A DNA stretch of 64,000 nucleotides. Origin: Alphaproteobacteria bacterium (GTDB lineage Bacteria; Pseudomonadota; Alphaproteobacteria; UBA828). Within the stretch, counting starts at the first letter, position 1, and every line of letters starts with the position of its first letter. A model generated the notes under the pieces. The model did not search any database. It saw only the letters and a list, made by a program, of their open reading frames with translations, and had not been told where the DNA came from. Below are positions 1 through 9,899 of this stretch, piece after piece. Made by a program: the position numbers and the translations under genes. The DNA lies in the NCBI GenBank assembly GCA_965214705.1, contig OZ243972.1:3168001-3232000 (forward strand). The letters are read 5' to 3'.

Positions 1-1175
1 CGGAGATGGAGCCGCTCGCGGAAGAGCTGTTCGCGCGCGTGCCACCCTTCCGGCCTGCGCCGACGCCCGAGCACGTCCGCGCCGCGCTCGACGCGATCGA
101 GGCGGCCGAACGGCCGGTGTTCGTCGCCGGCGGCGGGGTTCGCGCATCGGGCGCCGCGGCGGAGCTGGTGGCGCTCGCCGAGCGCCTCGCGGTCCCGGTC
201 GCGACCTCGCTCCACGGCAAGGACACCATTACAGGCGACCACCCTCTATCGGTGGGCGTGGTCGGGACCTACTCGCGCGAGACCGCCAACCGGGTCGTGG
301 GCGAGGCCGACCTCGTCTGCTTCGTCGGCAGCGAGACCGGCGGCATGACCACGCACTTCTGGCAGGTGCCGCCCATCGGCACACCGGCGGTGCAGATCGA
401 CATCGAGCCCCAGTCCCTCGGCCGCAACTACCCGCTTAAGGCGGCGGTCTGCGCCGATGCCAAGATGGCGTTGGCCTGGATGCTCGACCGCGCCGATCCC
501 GGATCGGCCGAACGTCGGACGGCGTGGACCGCCCGCGCCCGCCAGATCGTGGCGGAGTGGCACGATCGCTACCGGCCCCTCCTGGAGTCCGACGCCGTGC
601 CCATCCGGCCGGAGCGCATCTGCCACGAGCTCTCCCGGCACCTCCCCGACGACGCCATCGTCATGGCCGACACGGGTCACTCGGGCATGTGGATGGGCGG
701 GATGTACGACCTGCGCGCGCCCGCGCAGAGCTATATCCGCAGCGCCGGCCATCTCGGCTGGGCATTTCCGGCCGGCCTGGGCGCGAAATGCGCTGCGCCG
801 GAGCGCCCGGTCTTCGTCTTCACCGGCGACGCGGGCTTCTGGTACCACCTCAGCGAGATCGAGACCGCCGTGCGCTGCGGCATCAACACGGTCACGCTGG
901 TGAACAACAACAGCTCGGGCAATCAGGGATCGCCCGGCTTCGATCGGGCCTATGGCGGGAAGCAATCGGAGCAGGGGCGCGAGCTCTGGACCTACAACAA
1001 CGTCAACTTCGCCGCCGTTGCAGAAGCCATGGGGGCGCTGGGCCTGCGCGTCGAGAACCCCGCCGACATCCCCGGTGCCCTCGAGACGGCCTTCGCCGCC
1101 AAGCGGCCCGTGGTGATCGATGTGGTGAGCGACATCGAGGCCCAGGCGCCGCTCGCAGTAATCGGCGGATCCTGA
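1..1175 (+). CDS. Thiamine-diphosphate-dependent enzyme, acetolactate synthase-like (5'-truncated by window)
   Basis: Central domain 'PVFVAGGGV', TPP motif 'GDAGF...NN'; only the middle and C-terminal domains are present. Confidence 0.9.
   Translation, partial: EMEPLAEELFARVPPFRPAPTPEHVRAALDAIEAAERPVFVAGGGVRASGAAAELVALAERLAVPVATSLHGKDTITGDHPLSVGVVGTYSRETANRVVGEADLVCFVGSETGGMTTHFWQVPPIGTPAVQIDIEPQSLGRNYPLKAAVCADAKMALAWMLDRADPGSAERRTAWTARARQIVAEWHDRYRPLLESDAVPIRPERICHELSRHLPDDAIVMADTGHSGMWMGGMYDLRAPAQSYIRSAGHLGWAFPAGLGAKCAAPERPVFVFTGDAGFWYHLSEIETAVRCGINTVTLVNNNSSGNQGSPGFDRAYGGKQSEQGRELWTYNNVNFAAVAEAMGALGLRVENPADIPGALETAFAAKRPVVIDVVSDIEAQAPLAVIGGS
1140..1168 (+). repeat. Left border direct repeat (attL-like), 3' end of the TPP-enzyme gene
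   Basis: GCCCAGGCGCCGCTCGCAGTAATCGGCGG matches 9900-9928 at 27/29 nt, first 17 nt identical. Confidence 0.85.
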
Positions 1176-1289
1176 CGACCGATCCGGTCTGGATGTCTCA
1201 GCGCGGTCACGACTCGGCGCGGCTGATCGCCTCGATCTCGGCGTCGGAAAGGTCTTCCACGGCAAGCGCTTGACGGTCCCGCCGCTTGA

Positions 1290-3449
1290 CCCAAGTTGGC
1301 ACTTTTTCCGACCAGCCGAGCCTGTTCGAGCCAGTTTTGCGGCGCTGAACCACTAGATGTTGGGGTTGGAGGACACCTGAGACCCACATTTGCCATTCGT
1401 GGTCCTGGAAGCCAATTGTGGGGCCAGGACTTTGGAGTTGAGTCGATATCCCTCTTGCCAGATGCCGCGAACGCCGTGTATGCGAAACAGGCATCGCAGA
1501 AACGGCGCCGCCATGTACATCAAGGCAACCAGGACACACACCGACAAGGCCGGCCAGCCGGTCCGAAGCCATCGCCTCGTGCTCGCCCAGCGCGTCGGCG
1601 ACAAGGTGCGCCACAGGACGCTGCTCAATCTCGGCACCGACTATCCGGTGCCGCGCGAGAAGTGGAAGGCCGTCACCGAACTCGCCGAGGCGCTGCTTCA
1701 CGGCAAGCCGCCGCTGTTCGAGGGCGAGGCGGATGTGCGGGCCGCAGCCGAGGACATCGTCGCCAAGCTCAGGGCCAGGGGGTTCCGCGTCGAGGCGATG
1801 CAGGAAGAGGCGCGCAAGCCCGACATCGCCACCGTCGACCTCGATACCCTGGAGCACGAGAACCCGCGCACGGTCGGCTGCGAGCGCCTGTGCCTCAAGG
1901 CCCTCGACGCCCTCGGCTTCGCCGAAATCCTCCACGGCCTCGACATCAAGGGCCGCGACGGGCGCATCGCCAGCGCGCTGATCGTCGCCAGGATGGTCCA
2001 TCCCGCCAGCGAGCGTGATACCAGCCGCTGGCTCCGCCACGACAGCGCGGCCGCCGAGCTCCTGGGCCTGGAGGGCGACCGCAAGGCGCTGCGGCGCAAG
2101 ACGCTCTACCGCATCGGCGACCTGCTCTGGCGCCACCGCGCCGCCATCCAGCGGGAGCTGTTCAACCGTGAGCGCGCACTGCTCGACCTGCCCGAGACGA
2201 TCGCCTTCTACGATCTCACCAACGTCCACTACCACGGCCACACGGGCGGCGAGCTTCCCAGGTTCGGGCGCTCCAAGCAGAAGCGCGACGACTGTCCCCT
2301 CATCACGCTGGCGCTGGCGCTCGACGGCGCGGGCTTCCCGCGCAGTTGCGAGATCCTGCCGGGCAACGTGAGCGAGCCGGGCACGCTGCACGAGGCGCTG
2401 GCGCGGCTCGAGGCGGTGTGCGGCGGCACGGCGGCGAAGCCCACGGTGGTCATGGACGCGGGCATCGCCACCGAGAAAAACATCGCGTGGCTGGGCGAGC
2501 AGGGCTACGACTGGATCGCGGTCAGCCGCGGTGCCAGGCCTGCGCCGCCCGAGGGCGGACCCGAGGCCCTGCTGATCACCAGCGCGCGCCACGAGGTGCG
2601 GGCCTGGCGGCTTGCCAGCGAGGACGGCGAGGCGCGGCTCTACGTCGTCAGCGAGGGCAAGAAGAAGGCCGAGAACGCGATCATCGGCCTGAGGCGGAAC
2701 CGCTTCGAGGCGGCGCTGGAAAGGCTCCACGGCGGCCTCCCGGTCAAGGGCCGCCTCAAGCGCTACGACAAGGTGCTGGAGAGCATAGGCCGCCTCAAGC
2801 AGCGCTTCTCCGCCGTCGCCAGGCACTACGAGATCACGGTCGAGAGGGCGAAAACCGGCCCCAATGCCACCGCCGTGCGCTTCAAGCGCAGGCCGCGATA
2901 CGACGAGGCCGATGAGGGCGCCGGTGCCTATGTGCTGCGCACCAGCCACGTCGACTGGGACATCGAGACGGTCCTGCGGACGTACTGGCGGATCACGGAT
3001 ATCGAGGCGACATTCCGGAGCCTGAAATCCGAGCTCGGCCTTCGCCCGATCTGGCACCAGCTCGACCGGCGCATCGCGGCCCACCTGCTGATCGCCGTGC
3101 TGGCCTACCACGCCGTGCATCTGATCCGTACCCGGCTGGCCGCGCGCGGCATCCACAAGTGCTGGGCGTCGATCCGCGAGAGCATGCGGACCTGGGTGCG
3201 GATCACCACGCGCCTGCGCCAGACCGACGGCACCTTGATCGTCAACCGCCAGGACACGCGCCCGGCCGCCGAGGTTGCCGCAATCTCCTCGGCGGCGGGC
3301 GTGGACCCCGCCATCCACCGCACGAGGACCCGTCTGATGAGCTGACAGAATCTCACAAAATGTGGGGCCATGTTGGAATCGACCGAGAAAAATATCGCGT
3401 TGAATCAAACCAATAGGGAACACAGGCAGCGGAAAAGTGCCAACTTGGG
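1290..3449 (+). mobile_element. IS1634-family insertion sequence (copy A)
   Basis: 17-bp perfect terminal IR CCCAAGTTGGCACTTTT; TTGA duplicated at 1286-1289 and 3450-3453. Confidence 0.9.
1513..3345 (+). CDS. IS1634-family DDE transposase
   Basis: FYDLTN, GRSKQKR, VMDAG, IEATFRSLKSELGLRPIWH motifs; ATG at 1513 is the more likely start. Confidence 0.9.
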   Translation: MYIKATRTHTDKAGQPVRSHRLVLAQRVGDKVRHRTLLNLGTDYPVPREKWKAVTELAEALLHGKPPLFEGEADVRAAAEDIVAKLRARGFRVEAMQEEARKPDIATVDLDTLEHENPRTVGCERLCLKALDALGFAEILHGLDIKGRDGRIASALIVARMVHPASERDTSRWLRHDSAAAELLGLEGDRKALRRKTLYRIGDLLWRHRAAIQRELFNRERALLDLPETIAFYDLTNVHYHGHTGGELPRFGRSKQKRDDCPLITLALALDGAGFPRSCEILPGNVSEPGTLHEALARLEAVCGGTAAKPTVVMDAGIATEKNIAWLGEQGYDWIAVSRGARPAPPEGGPEALLITSARHEVRAWRLASEDGEARLYVVSEGKKKAENAIIGLRRNRFEAALERLHGGLPVKGRLKRYDKVLESIGRLKQRFSAVARHYEITVERAKTGPNATAVRFKRRPRYDEADEGAGAYVLRTSHVDWDIETVLRTYWRITDIEATFRSLKSELGLRPIWHQLDRRIAAHLLIAVLAYHAVHLIRTRLAARGIHKCWASIRESMRTWVRITTRLRQTDGTLIVNRQDTRPAAEVAAISSAAGVDPAIHRTRTRLMS

Positions 3450-3630
3450 TTGAGGCGCTCATACTCGTCGACCGAGAGAATCACGAGCCGGTCCCTACCG
3501 TTCCGGGTGATCGCCAACGGTGCCTTCAGCGCCTCGTCCTGACAGCGCCCGAAGTTGCGCTGGAACTCGCGTGACGTGACTCGCTGCATGCCCTTCACCC
3601 CAATCTGCATGATCTGCATAAAAAGGTTAA

Positions 3631-5724
3631 GCCGAACTTCCGTTAGCATCTGATTGCCGATCTGGCCGGATTTTGCCTGTTTCCGCCCTTTCTGCGCAGT
3701 TTAGCGCCCGGTTTGGCGCGAAATTCCCGAAATGATCGCCGAAACCGCCGCGATTCGGCGCTCCAGCGCTGGATCACGCCGTCCCGGCGCATCCACCAAA
3801 ACCTGAATACTAGTCAGTAGATAGTTTTCTCGTTACGATAATTGCTCCGCATTCCCAAGCCTTTCCGATATGATTGCCGCGATTCGCTAGGCAGATCGAT
3901 ATGCACATCGAAACCACCCGGTCCGGAAACTCCCGCTGCCACCTCCTCAGACAGTCCTACTGGCAGGACGGAAAACCCAAGAAGCGCACCCTGTGCAACC
4001 TCTCCGCCCTCCCGGAACACGCCATCGAAGCCCTCAAACGCGCCCTCAAGCGCGGACCCGCCCTCAATCCCGACAGCGCCGACGTCGAACTGCGCGCCAG
4101 CCGGGCGCACGGCGCCGTCAGCGCCGTTCTCGGCACCCTTCGCGACATCGGCCTCGACCGCGTCATCTTCCACCGGCCCGATCGCCGCAGGGCCCTCGTC
4201 ATCGCCATGATCGTCGCCCGCCTGATCCGGCCCGGCGCCAAGCTGCGCGTCGAGCGCGAACTGGGAGCGGCCGGCACAACCACCCTCGCCGCCCTGCTCG
4301 GCGTCGAAGGCGTCAGCGTCGACGAACTCTACGCCGCCATGGACTGGCTGGGCGCGCGACAGGGCGCGATCGAGCGCAAGCTCGCCCGGCGCCATCTCGG
4401 AGAGGACGATCTCGTCCTCTACGACGTGTCCTCGAGCTACATGGAGGGCAACGCCTGCCCCATGGCGAAGCGCGGCTATTCGAGGGATCGCCGGGGCGAC
4501 CGCCCGCAGATCGTCTACGGCCTCCTCTGCACCCGCGATGGCTGTCCGGTCTCGATCGAGGCCTTCGCCGGCAACACCGGCGACCCGATGACTCTGGCCA
4601 GCCAGGTGCGCAAGGTCCGCGACAGCTTCGGCATCCGGCGGGTGGTGTTGGTGGGGGACCGCGGCATGATCGCGCAGACCCGCATCGACCGCGACCTCGC
4701 GCCCAACGGCATCGACTGGATCACGGCGCTGCGCGCATCCTCGATCCGCAAGCTCGTCGACCGGGGGCATGTCACGCCCGGCCTGTTCGACACCTGGGGC
4801 CTCGCGCGGGTGACCACGCCGGACTATCCCGGCGAGAGGCTGATCGTCTGCTACAACCCGGTTCTGGCGGCCGAGCGCAAGCGCAACCGCGACGGGCTGC
4901 TCAATGCGACCGAGACGGACGCGCGCGATTTCGCCGCGCGCCACGCCGCCGGCGACATCGACCGCGACGAGTTGAACCGTCGGCTGGGAACCTTGCGCCG
5001 CCGCAAGATGGCCAAGCACTTCCGCTTCGAATTCGACGAGGGCAGCGGCACCTTCAGTTGCGAACGCGACCGGGCGTCGATCGACGCCGAGGCCGCCCTC
5101 GACGGTCTCTACGTCATACGCACCAACGTGGACGAGGACGAGATCGAGGACGTCGAGGCGGTCCGCGTCTACAAGAGCCTGTCACGCGTCGAGCGCGCCT
5201 TCCGCTCGCTCAAGACGGTGTCGTTGCGGATCCGCCCGATCTTCCACTGGCGCGACGACCGAGTACGGGCGCATCTTCTGATCTGCATGCTGGCTTGGTA
5301 TGTCGAGTGGCACATGCGCCGCAGGCTGGCGCCGCTGCTGTTCGCCGAGGAGGACGGAGCGCCGCTGTCCGCGAACCCGGTGGCGCCGCCGGAACGCTCG
5401 GAAAAGGCCCGGCGCAAGGACAAGCGCCGAAAGACGGATGATGGACTTGCGGTGTGCGACTTCCGCGATCTCCTCGGCCATCTCGGCACGCTTGCTGCCA
5501 CTGAGATCGCCACCGGAACCGACTTCGCCGTGCCCGCCCTGACCAAGCCGACCGAACTGCAGGAAAGGGCGTTCGCATTGCTCGGGCTGCGGCCCCATCC
5601 TGCGCCCGCGCTCACCGAAAAGGGGATGACCACCGCCAAACCTGTCCAGTAATCGTCGCTTCGAAACTCGCCGAAACCCCTGCCGCACAACGGTTCTTTG
5701 ACTATCCCACACTGGAAGTTCGGG
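3631..5724 (+). mobile_element. IS1634-family insertion sequence (copy B, distinct lineage)
   Basis: IRs GCCGAACTTCC / GGAAGTTCGGG; TTAA duplicated at 3627-3630 and 5725-5728. Confidence 0.85.
3901..5652 (+). CDS. IS1634-family DDE transposase
   Basis: LYDVSSSY, GYSRD, VGDRGM, VERAFRSLK..IRPIFH motifs. Confidence 0.9.
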   Translation: MHIETTRSGNSRCHLLRQSYWQDGKPKKRTLCNLSALPEHAIEALKRALKRGPALNPDSADVELRASRAHGAVSAVLGTLRDIGLDRVIFHRPDRRRALVIAMIVARLIRPGAKLRVERELGAAGTTTLAALLGVEGVSVDELYAAMDWLGARQGAIERKLARRHLGEDDLVLYDVSSSYMEGNACPMAKRGYSRDRRGDRPQIVYGLLCTRDGCPVSIEAFAGNTGDPMTLASQVRKVRDSFGIRRVVLVGDRGMIAQTRIDRDLAPNGIDWITALRASSIRKLVDRGHVTPGLFDTWGLARVTTPDYPGERLIVCYNPVLAAERKRNRDGLLNATETDARDFAARHAAGDIDRDELNRRLGTLRRRKMAKHFRFEFDEGSGTFSCERDRASIDAEAALDGLYVIRTNVDEDEIEDVEAVRVYKSLSRVERAFRSLKTVSLRIRPIFHWRDDRVRAHLLICMLAWYVEWHMRRRLAPLLFAEEDGAPLSANPVAPPERSEKARRKDKRRKTDDGLAVCDFRDLLGHLGTLAATEIATGTDFAVPALTKPTELQERAFALLGLRPHPAPALTEKGMTTAKPVQ

Positions 5725-5726
5725 TT

Positions 5727-5768
5727 AAGGGTTGGGCAGGCTCTCTCTCGAGAGCCTGCCCAACCCTT
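5727..5768. repeat. Perfect 19-bp-stem hairpin at the downstream end of the IS91-like element
   Basis: AAGGGTTGGGCAGGCTCTC-TCTC-GAGAGCCTGCCCAACCCTT. Confidence 0.9.
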
Positions 5769-6030
5769 TTGAACGAAGCCGCGGGCCACGAGAGGCGAAG
5801 TTGAGCTATGTGGAAAGTGCGCTGATGTCAGCGTCAGGCGGCATCCACCGGCAGCAGAGTTGCGCATAAAATCGACGCTCGCGCCGGTCTTTCGGCAGGC
5901 ATGCGGGCGCACGCTGCGAGGACTGAGCGGGGTGTGAGCCGAGGGCTGTCAGCCCGGCTCAAGCGGAGACAGGTTCGGTCGTGCGTCGGCGCTTTGGCGC
6001 CGTTGCGCGGGGCCGAAGCGAGCGGGCGTC

Positions 6031-7272
6031 TCACGGTTTCCCCCTGTGGGTCGGCGGCAGCGCCGGCGGGCCGCGCGTCGAGCGGGGCTCATGGCGGCGG
6101 CGGATTTCGCGGACGAGGCGCATGACGCCGCCGCAGTGGGGGCAGGCCACGGGCGCGGTGCCGATCTCGGGCTCTTCGTCGGGCTCGGCCCGAGCGCCGT
6201 CCACGCTTCCCTCGGGGGCGGCGCAGCCGAGGGCGCCGAGAGCCTGGCGTGCTCTCTCCAGCGTGCTGGCGCGGCAGCCGTTGGCGAGGATGCCGAAGTA
6301 GCGAATGCGGTGCATGCCGTCCGGCAGGACGTGCCTCAGGAAGCGGCGGATGAACTCGTCGGCGCTCACGGTGGCGATGCCGTAGCGCGGCTTTCTCTGC
6401 CCCGGCGCCTTGGGCTTTCGGTGGCGGAAGGAGACCGTCTCGCCGTCGAAGGAGACGATGCGGCTGTCGGAGATGGCGATCCTGTGCGTGTAGTGCGAGA
6501 GGTACCGGAAGACCTGCTCAGGCCCGCGGAAGGGCCGCTTGGCGTAGACCACCCAGTCCCTGGCCCGGGCGGCGGCAAGCGTGGCGTGGAACTCGCCGGG
6601 ATTGGCGAGGTGGGCGACGGTGCCGTGGAACTCCAGGTCCCCCCGGCCGTGGGCGCGGGCGAGCTCCTCGAGGAAGAGGCGGCGGAACAGGCTGCCGAGG
6701 ACCTTGACGGGGGCGAGGAAGGTGGTGCTCCCCGTCTTCCACTCGCCACTGTCTACGTCGAAGCCCGCGTTGGGCACGACCACGTGCAGGTGCGGGTGGA
6801 AGCGGAGCTTCTGATCCCAGGTATGGAGGACCGCGGTGCCGCCGATGCGCATGCCGCCGTGGCGGGGATCGGCGGCGATGGTGCGCAGGGTCTCGGCGAC
6901 GGCCCGGAAGAGGATGTCGAACACCACCCTGCGGTTGCAGAAGGCAATGGCGGCAACCTCCTTGGGCAGGGTGAAGACCACATGGAAGTAGGGCACCGGC
7001 AGGATGTCCCCGGCGCGCTCCTCGCTCCAGAGGTTGGCGGCGAGACCCTGGCAGGTGGGGCAGTGGCGGTTGCGGCAGGAGTTGAAGAGCGGATGCTCGC
7101 GCCCGCAGCCCTCGCAGGCGTACATGTGGCCGCCGAGCACGGCGGTGCGGCACGCCTCGATGGCGCCCATGACCTTGAGCCGGGCGGCGTCGATGCGCCC
7201 TTTGTGGCGCTCACGGAAAGCGGCGCCGGCGCGGCGGAAGATCTCCGCCACGCCCGCGCGTTCGGCCTCCAC
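6031..7272 (-). CDS. IS91-family rolling-circle (HUH/Y2) transposase
   Basis: Zn motif SCRNRHCPTC, HVVFTLP, HUH 'HPHLH', Y2 'YLSHY', RIRYFG. Confidence 0.93.
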   Translation of the reverse strand: MEAERAGVAEIFRRAGAAFRERHKGRIDAARLKVMGAIEACRTAVLGGHMYACEGCGREHPLFNSCRNRHCPTCQGLAANLWSEERAGDILPVPYFHVVFTLPKEVAAIAFCNRRVVFDILFRAVAETLRTIAADPRHGGMRIGGTAVLHTWDQKLRFHPHLHVVVPNAGFDVDSGEWKTGSTTFLAPVKVLGSLFRRLFLEELARAHGRGDLEFHGTVAHLANPGEFHATLAAARARDWVVYAKRPFRGPEQVFRYLSHYTHRIAISDSRIVSFDGETVSFRHRKPKAPGQRKPRYGIATVSADEFIRRFLRHVLPDGMHRIRYFGILANGCRASTLERARQALGALGCAAPEGSVDGARAEPDEEPEIGTAPVACPHCGGVMRLVREIRRRHEPRSTRGPPALPPTHRGKP

Positions 7273-7278
7273 GCGCCG

Positions 7279-8157
7279 TCAGTTGCGCAACGCTGCGAAG
7301 CCTGAGATCGGGTGGTCGAGGCCCTCGAACATCTTGCCGGTGACGCGGGCGTAGTGACGGGTCGTGTTCGCGCTTCGATGGCCGAGCATGTCCCGGATCA
7401 CCTCGATATCGCCGCCGCGCTCGAGGAGATGGGTCGCCGCCGAATGGCGCAGGCAATGGAAGGTGTAGCTGCGGTCGAGCTCGGCAATGTCGCGCGCCCT
7501 CCTGAAGGCGGCCTGCAAGGTCTCCGTTGCGATGGGCCTGTCGAGCGAGACGCCGTAGAAGAGCCAGTTCGTCGGACGCGGCCAGATGTTCCTGTAGTAG
7601 ACGCGCAAGTAGTGGATGACGATGTCCGGCAACGGTGCCATTCTCTCGGTGCCGCCTTTGCCGGAGGGGATGTGCAGCAGCTTCTTCTCCGACAGGATGT
7701 CGCCGACCTTGATGGCCAAGGTCTCGGAGATGCGGAGCCCGCCGCCATAGCCGGTGACAATGGCAGCACGGTGGCGGAGGTCGGGTGTCGCAAGGATGAG
7801 GTGCTCGACCTCCTGCTCCGACATGTAGCGCGGCAGCTTGCCGGGCTTCTTGCGGGAGCGCAGGCCGGCGACATGGTCAGGCCAGCCGAGTGTGTCGATG
7901 TAGAGGAAGTTCAGCGCGGCGAAGGAGACGTTGGTCGTGCCCGGACTGAGCCCCTTGTCGATCCGCCCCAGGTACCACTGGCGCACCTGCTCGGCGTCGA
8001 GCTCGTCCGGCGAGGCGTCGTAGTACCTGGCCAGGTTCTTGATCTCGCAGATGTAGGCCTTGGACGTGCTCGCGGCCAGATTGGCGATGCGGAGCTGCTC
8101 CTCCATGCGCTGGCGAAGAGGGGTGACGGTGTTCGTGTCGCACGCGGTCCCGGTCAT
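7279..8157 (-). CDS. Tyrosine recombinase (XerD-like integrase)
   Basis: GLRISE, GKG, HCLRHSAATHLLE, LGH...TTRHY catalytic set. Confidence 0.93.
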   Translation of the reverse strand: MTGTACDTNTVTPLRQRMEEQLRIANLAASTSKAYICEIKNLARYYDASPDELDAEQVRQWYLGRIDKGLSPGTTNVSFAALNFLYIDTLGWPDHVAGLRSRKKPGKLPRYMSEQEVEHLILATPDLRHRAAIVTGYGGGLRISETLAIKVGDILSEKKLLHIPSGKGGTERMAPLPDIVIHYLRVYYRNIWPRPTNWLFYGVSLDRPIATETLQAAFRRARDIAELDRSYTFHCLRHSAATHLLERGGDIEVIRDMLGHRSANTTRHYARVTGKMFEGLDHPISGFAALRN

Positions 8158-8477
8158 TATCGATCTCCCTGGATCGCGACGGCGCGCCGCCGGACCGATC
8201 CGGCGACGGTCCGTCGCAGGGGTCGATACTAACCACTGGTGATCGGGAGGCTGCTGGGGATCCGCCACCCGACGGGCGGAGCGCCACTGACGCAACCGGG
8301 AAGCGAACGCACAGAACAAACGGCACCCGCGACGCCTCGGAAATGAATGAACTCTACGCCGCTAACTCCGCGTAGCGGCTTCGTTCAATACGGATAAGGC
8401 TTATCCCCTTGACCCCGGTTTGACGACATCTTGTGTTTGGGTTGGCAGGGACGAGTTGTTCGTGTAATGTTCTCGCC

Positions 8478-9416
8478 ATGCCGAGCCGCTGGAAGCACGA
8501 CCGCCCGATGTCCCGCGCTGCCTTCGAGGCGCGCTTCCCCGATGAAGAGGCCTGCGCCAGACACCTCGCGGCAAAGCGTTGGCCCGACGGCTTCGTTTGC
8601 CCCGCTTGCGGCCATGACAAGGGTTGGGAGTTGAAGCGTCGCAGGGCGAGTTGGGAATGTGCGGGCTGCGGCAAGGAGACGTCGGTGACCGCGGGCACGA
8701 TCATGCATCGCAGCCACCTGCCGCTGAAGACCTGGTTCACCGCCATCCATATGGTGACCAGCCATTCGAACGGCATCTCCGCCCTGCAACTCCAGGCCCA
8801 GCTCGGGCTCGGCAGCTACAAGAGTGCGTGGCTGCTGCTGCACAAGCTGCGTCGCGCCATGGTCGATCCCGACCGCAGCCTGCTTGAGGATCTGGTTGAG
8901 ATCGACGAAGCCTCGTTGCCGCAGCGCACCGCGCAAGACCCGCCCACCGGCGGGCAAGGCCGCAGCGCGCAAGGCAAGATGCTCATCGCCGGAGCGGTCG
9001 AGCTGTCTCCCGAGGGTGAGCCGCGCCGCATCCGCCTCGCGCCGATCGTGGATTACTCCGCGCTCAGCCTGCACGCCTTCGTTGCCGCCACCTCGGCGTC
9101 GGGCGCGCTGGTGATCACCGACGGTTGGAGCGGCTATCCCGGCCTGTCCGGGCACGACCATGAGGCCAGGATCGTCGGCGACACGCCCGCCCATCTCGTG
9201 CTGAAGTGGACCCATCGCGTCTTCTCGAACCTGAAACGCTGGGCGCTCGGCACCTTTCACGGCCTGCGCCGCGCCCATTTGCGCCGTTACCTCGACGAGT
9301 TCGTCTTCCGTTGGAACCGACGCCGCCACACCGACGCCGCCTTCGACACCCTGCTCGGCATCGGCGCCGGCCTTCAACCCGCCAGCTACCGCGACTTCGT
9401 CGAACAACGCGCCTGA
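8478..9416 (+). CDS. IS1595-family transposase
   Basis: Zn ribbon CPAC..CAGC, VEIDE, ITDGW, YLDEFVFRWNRR. Confidence 0.93.
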   Translation: MPSRWKHDRPMSRAAFEARFPDEEACARHLAAKRWPDGFVCPACGHDKGWELKRRRASWECAGCGKETSVTAGTIMHRSHLPLKTWFTAIHMVTSHSNGISALQLQAQLGLGSYKSAWLLLHKLRRAMVDPDRSLLEDLVEIDEASLPQRTAQDPPTGGQGRSAQGKMLIAGAVELSPEGEPRRIRLAPIVDYSALSLHAFVAATSASGALVITDGWSGYPGLSGHDHEARIVGDTPAHLVLKWTHRVFSNLKRWALGTFHGLRRAHLRRYLDEFVFRWNRRRHTDAAFDTLLGIGAGLQPASYRDFVEQRA

Positions 9417-9701
9417 TCCCACCGGCCGGTCAACACCGTGCCGCAGCCAGCCATTCCGGCTGTCTCGGAGTCATTATACCGAACTCCGGCACCGCGTGAC
9501 GGGGCCGGGCAGCGCTCTCGCCAGTCCAAGATATCACGCGTGCGACGCGCGCCGATGCCGGCGACGATCAACATCTTGCGTCACCGGAACCAAGGGGAGA
9601 AGCCTTTACCTCAATTCGACGAAATCTGTTGAATGATCTTTCAAGAATTCGTCCAATTTTCCGGTGTAGTTCACATCACCATTTTTCTGATATTTCTCCC
9701 A

Positions 9702-9868
9702 AAGGCTTATCCCCTTACATCCGGCTTCTCCATATGTGGGGTGCCGGATCGCTGGGCACTTTACGGGCAACCCATTGAGACACGGAAGGAACTGCGACCG
9801 TGTCGGATACCGCCGCCGAGGTGGCCGGTACAACATGTTGGGGAACCGGAGCCAGAGGGATAAGCCTT
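9702..9868. mobile_element. IS1595-derived MITE (~167 bp)
   Basis: AAGGCTTATCCCCTTACATCCGG ... CCGGAGCCAGAGGGATAAGCCTT with no transposase. Confidence 0.8.
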
Positions 9869-9899
9869 ATACGGATTATCAGACAGTGTGTCGAGCAGC

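Larger units (their letters stand above)
1207..3589 (-). pseudogene. Phd/YefM-family antitoxin interrupted by IS1634
   Basis: Removing the IS and one TTGA copy rejoins MQRVTSREFQRNFGRCQDEALKAPLAITRNGRDRLVILSVDEYERL/KRRDRQALAVEDLSDAEIEAISRAES in frame. Confidence 0.9.
5769..8388 (-). mobile_element. Tyrosine recombinase + IS91-family transposase element
   Basis: Two-gene unit bounded by 14-bp perfect IR TTGAACGAAGCCGC (5769-5782) / GCGGCTTCGTTCAA (8375-8388). Confidence 0.8.
8396..9868 (+). mobile_element. Composite IS1595 unit: IS (8396-9606), 95-bp passenger, MITE (9702-9868)
   Basis: AAGGCTTATCCC-type IRs occur four times; 8-bp ATACGGAT duplication (8388-8395, 9869-9876) flanks the whole unit. 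Confidence 0.85.

Noticed and set aside
5727-8388. Integron (IntI with attC)
   Set aside because: The recombinase is short with no evident IntI insertion, there is no cassette array, and the hairpin is perfect with no extrahelical bases.
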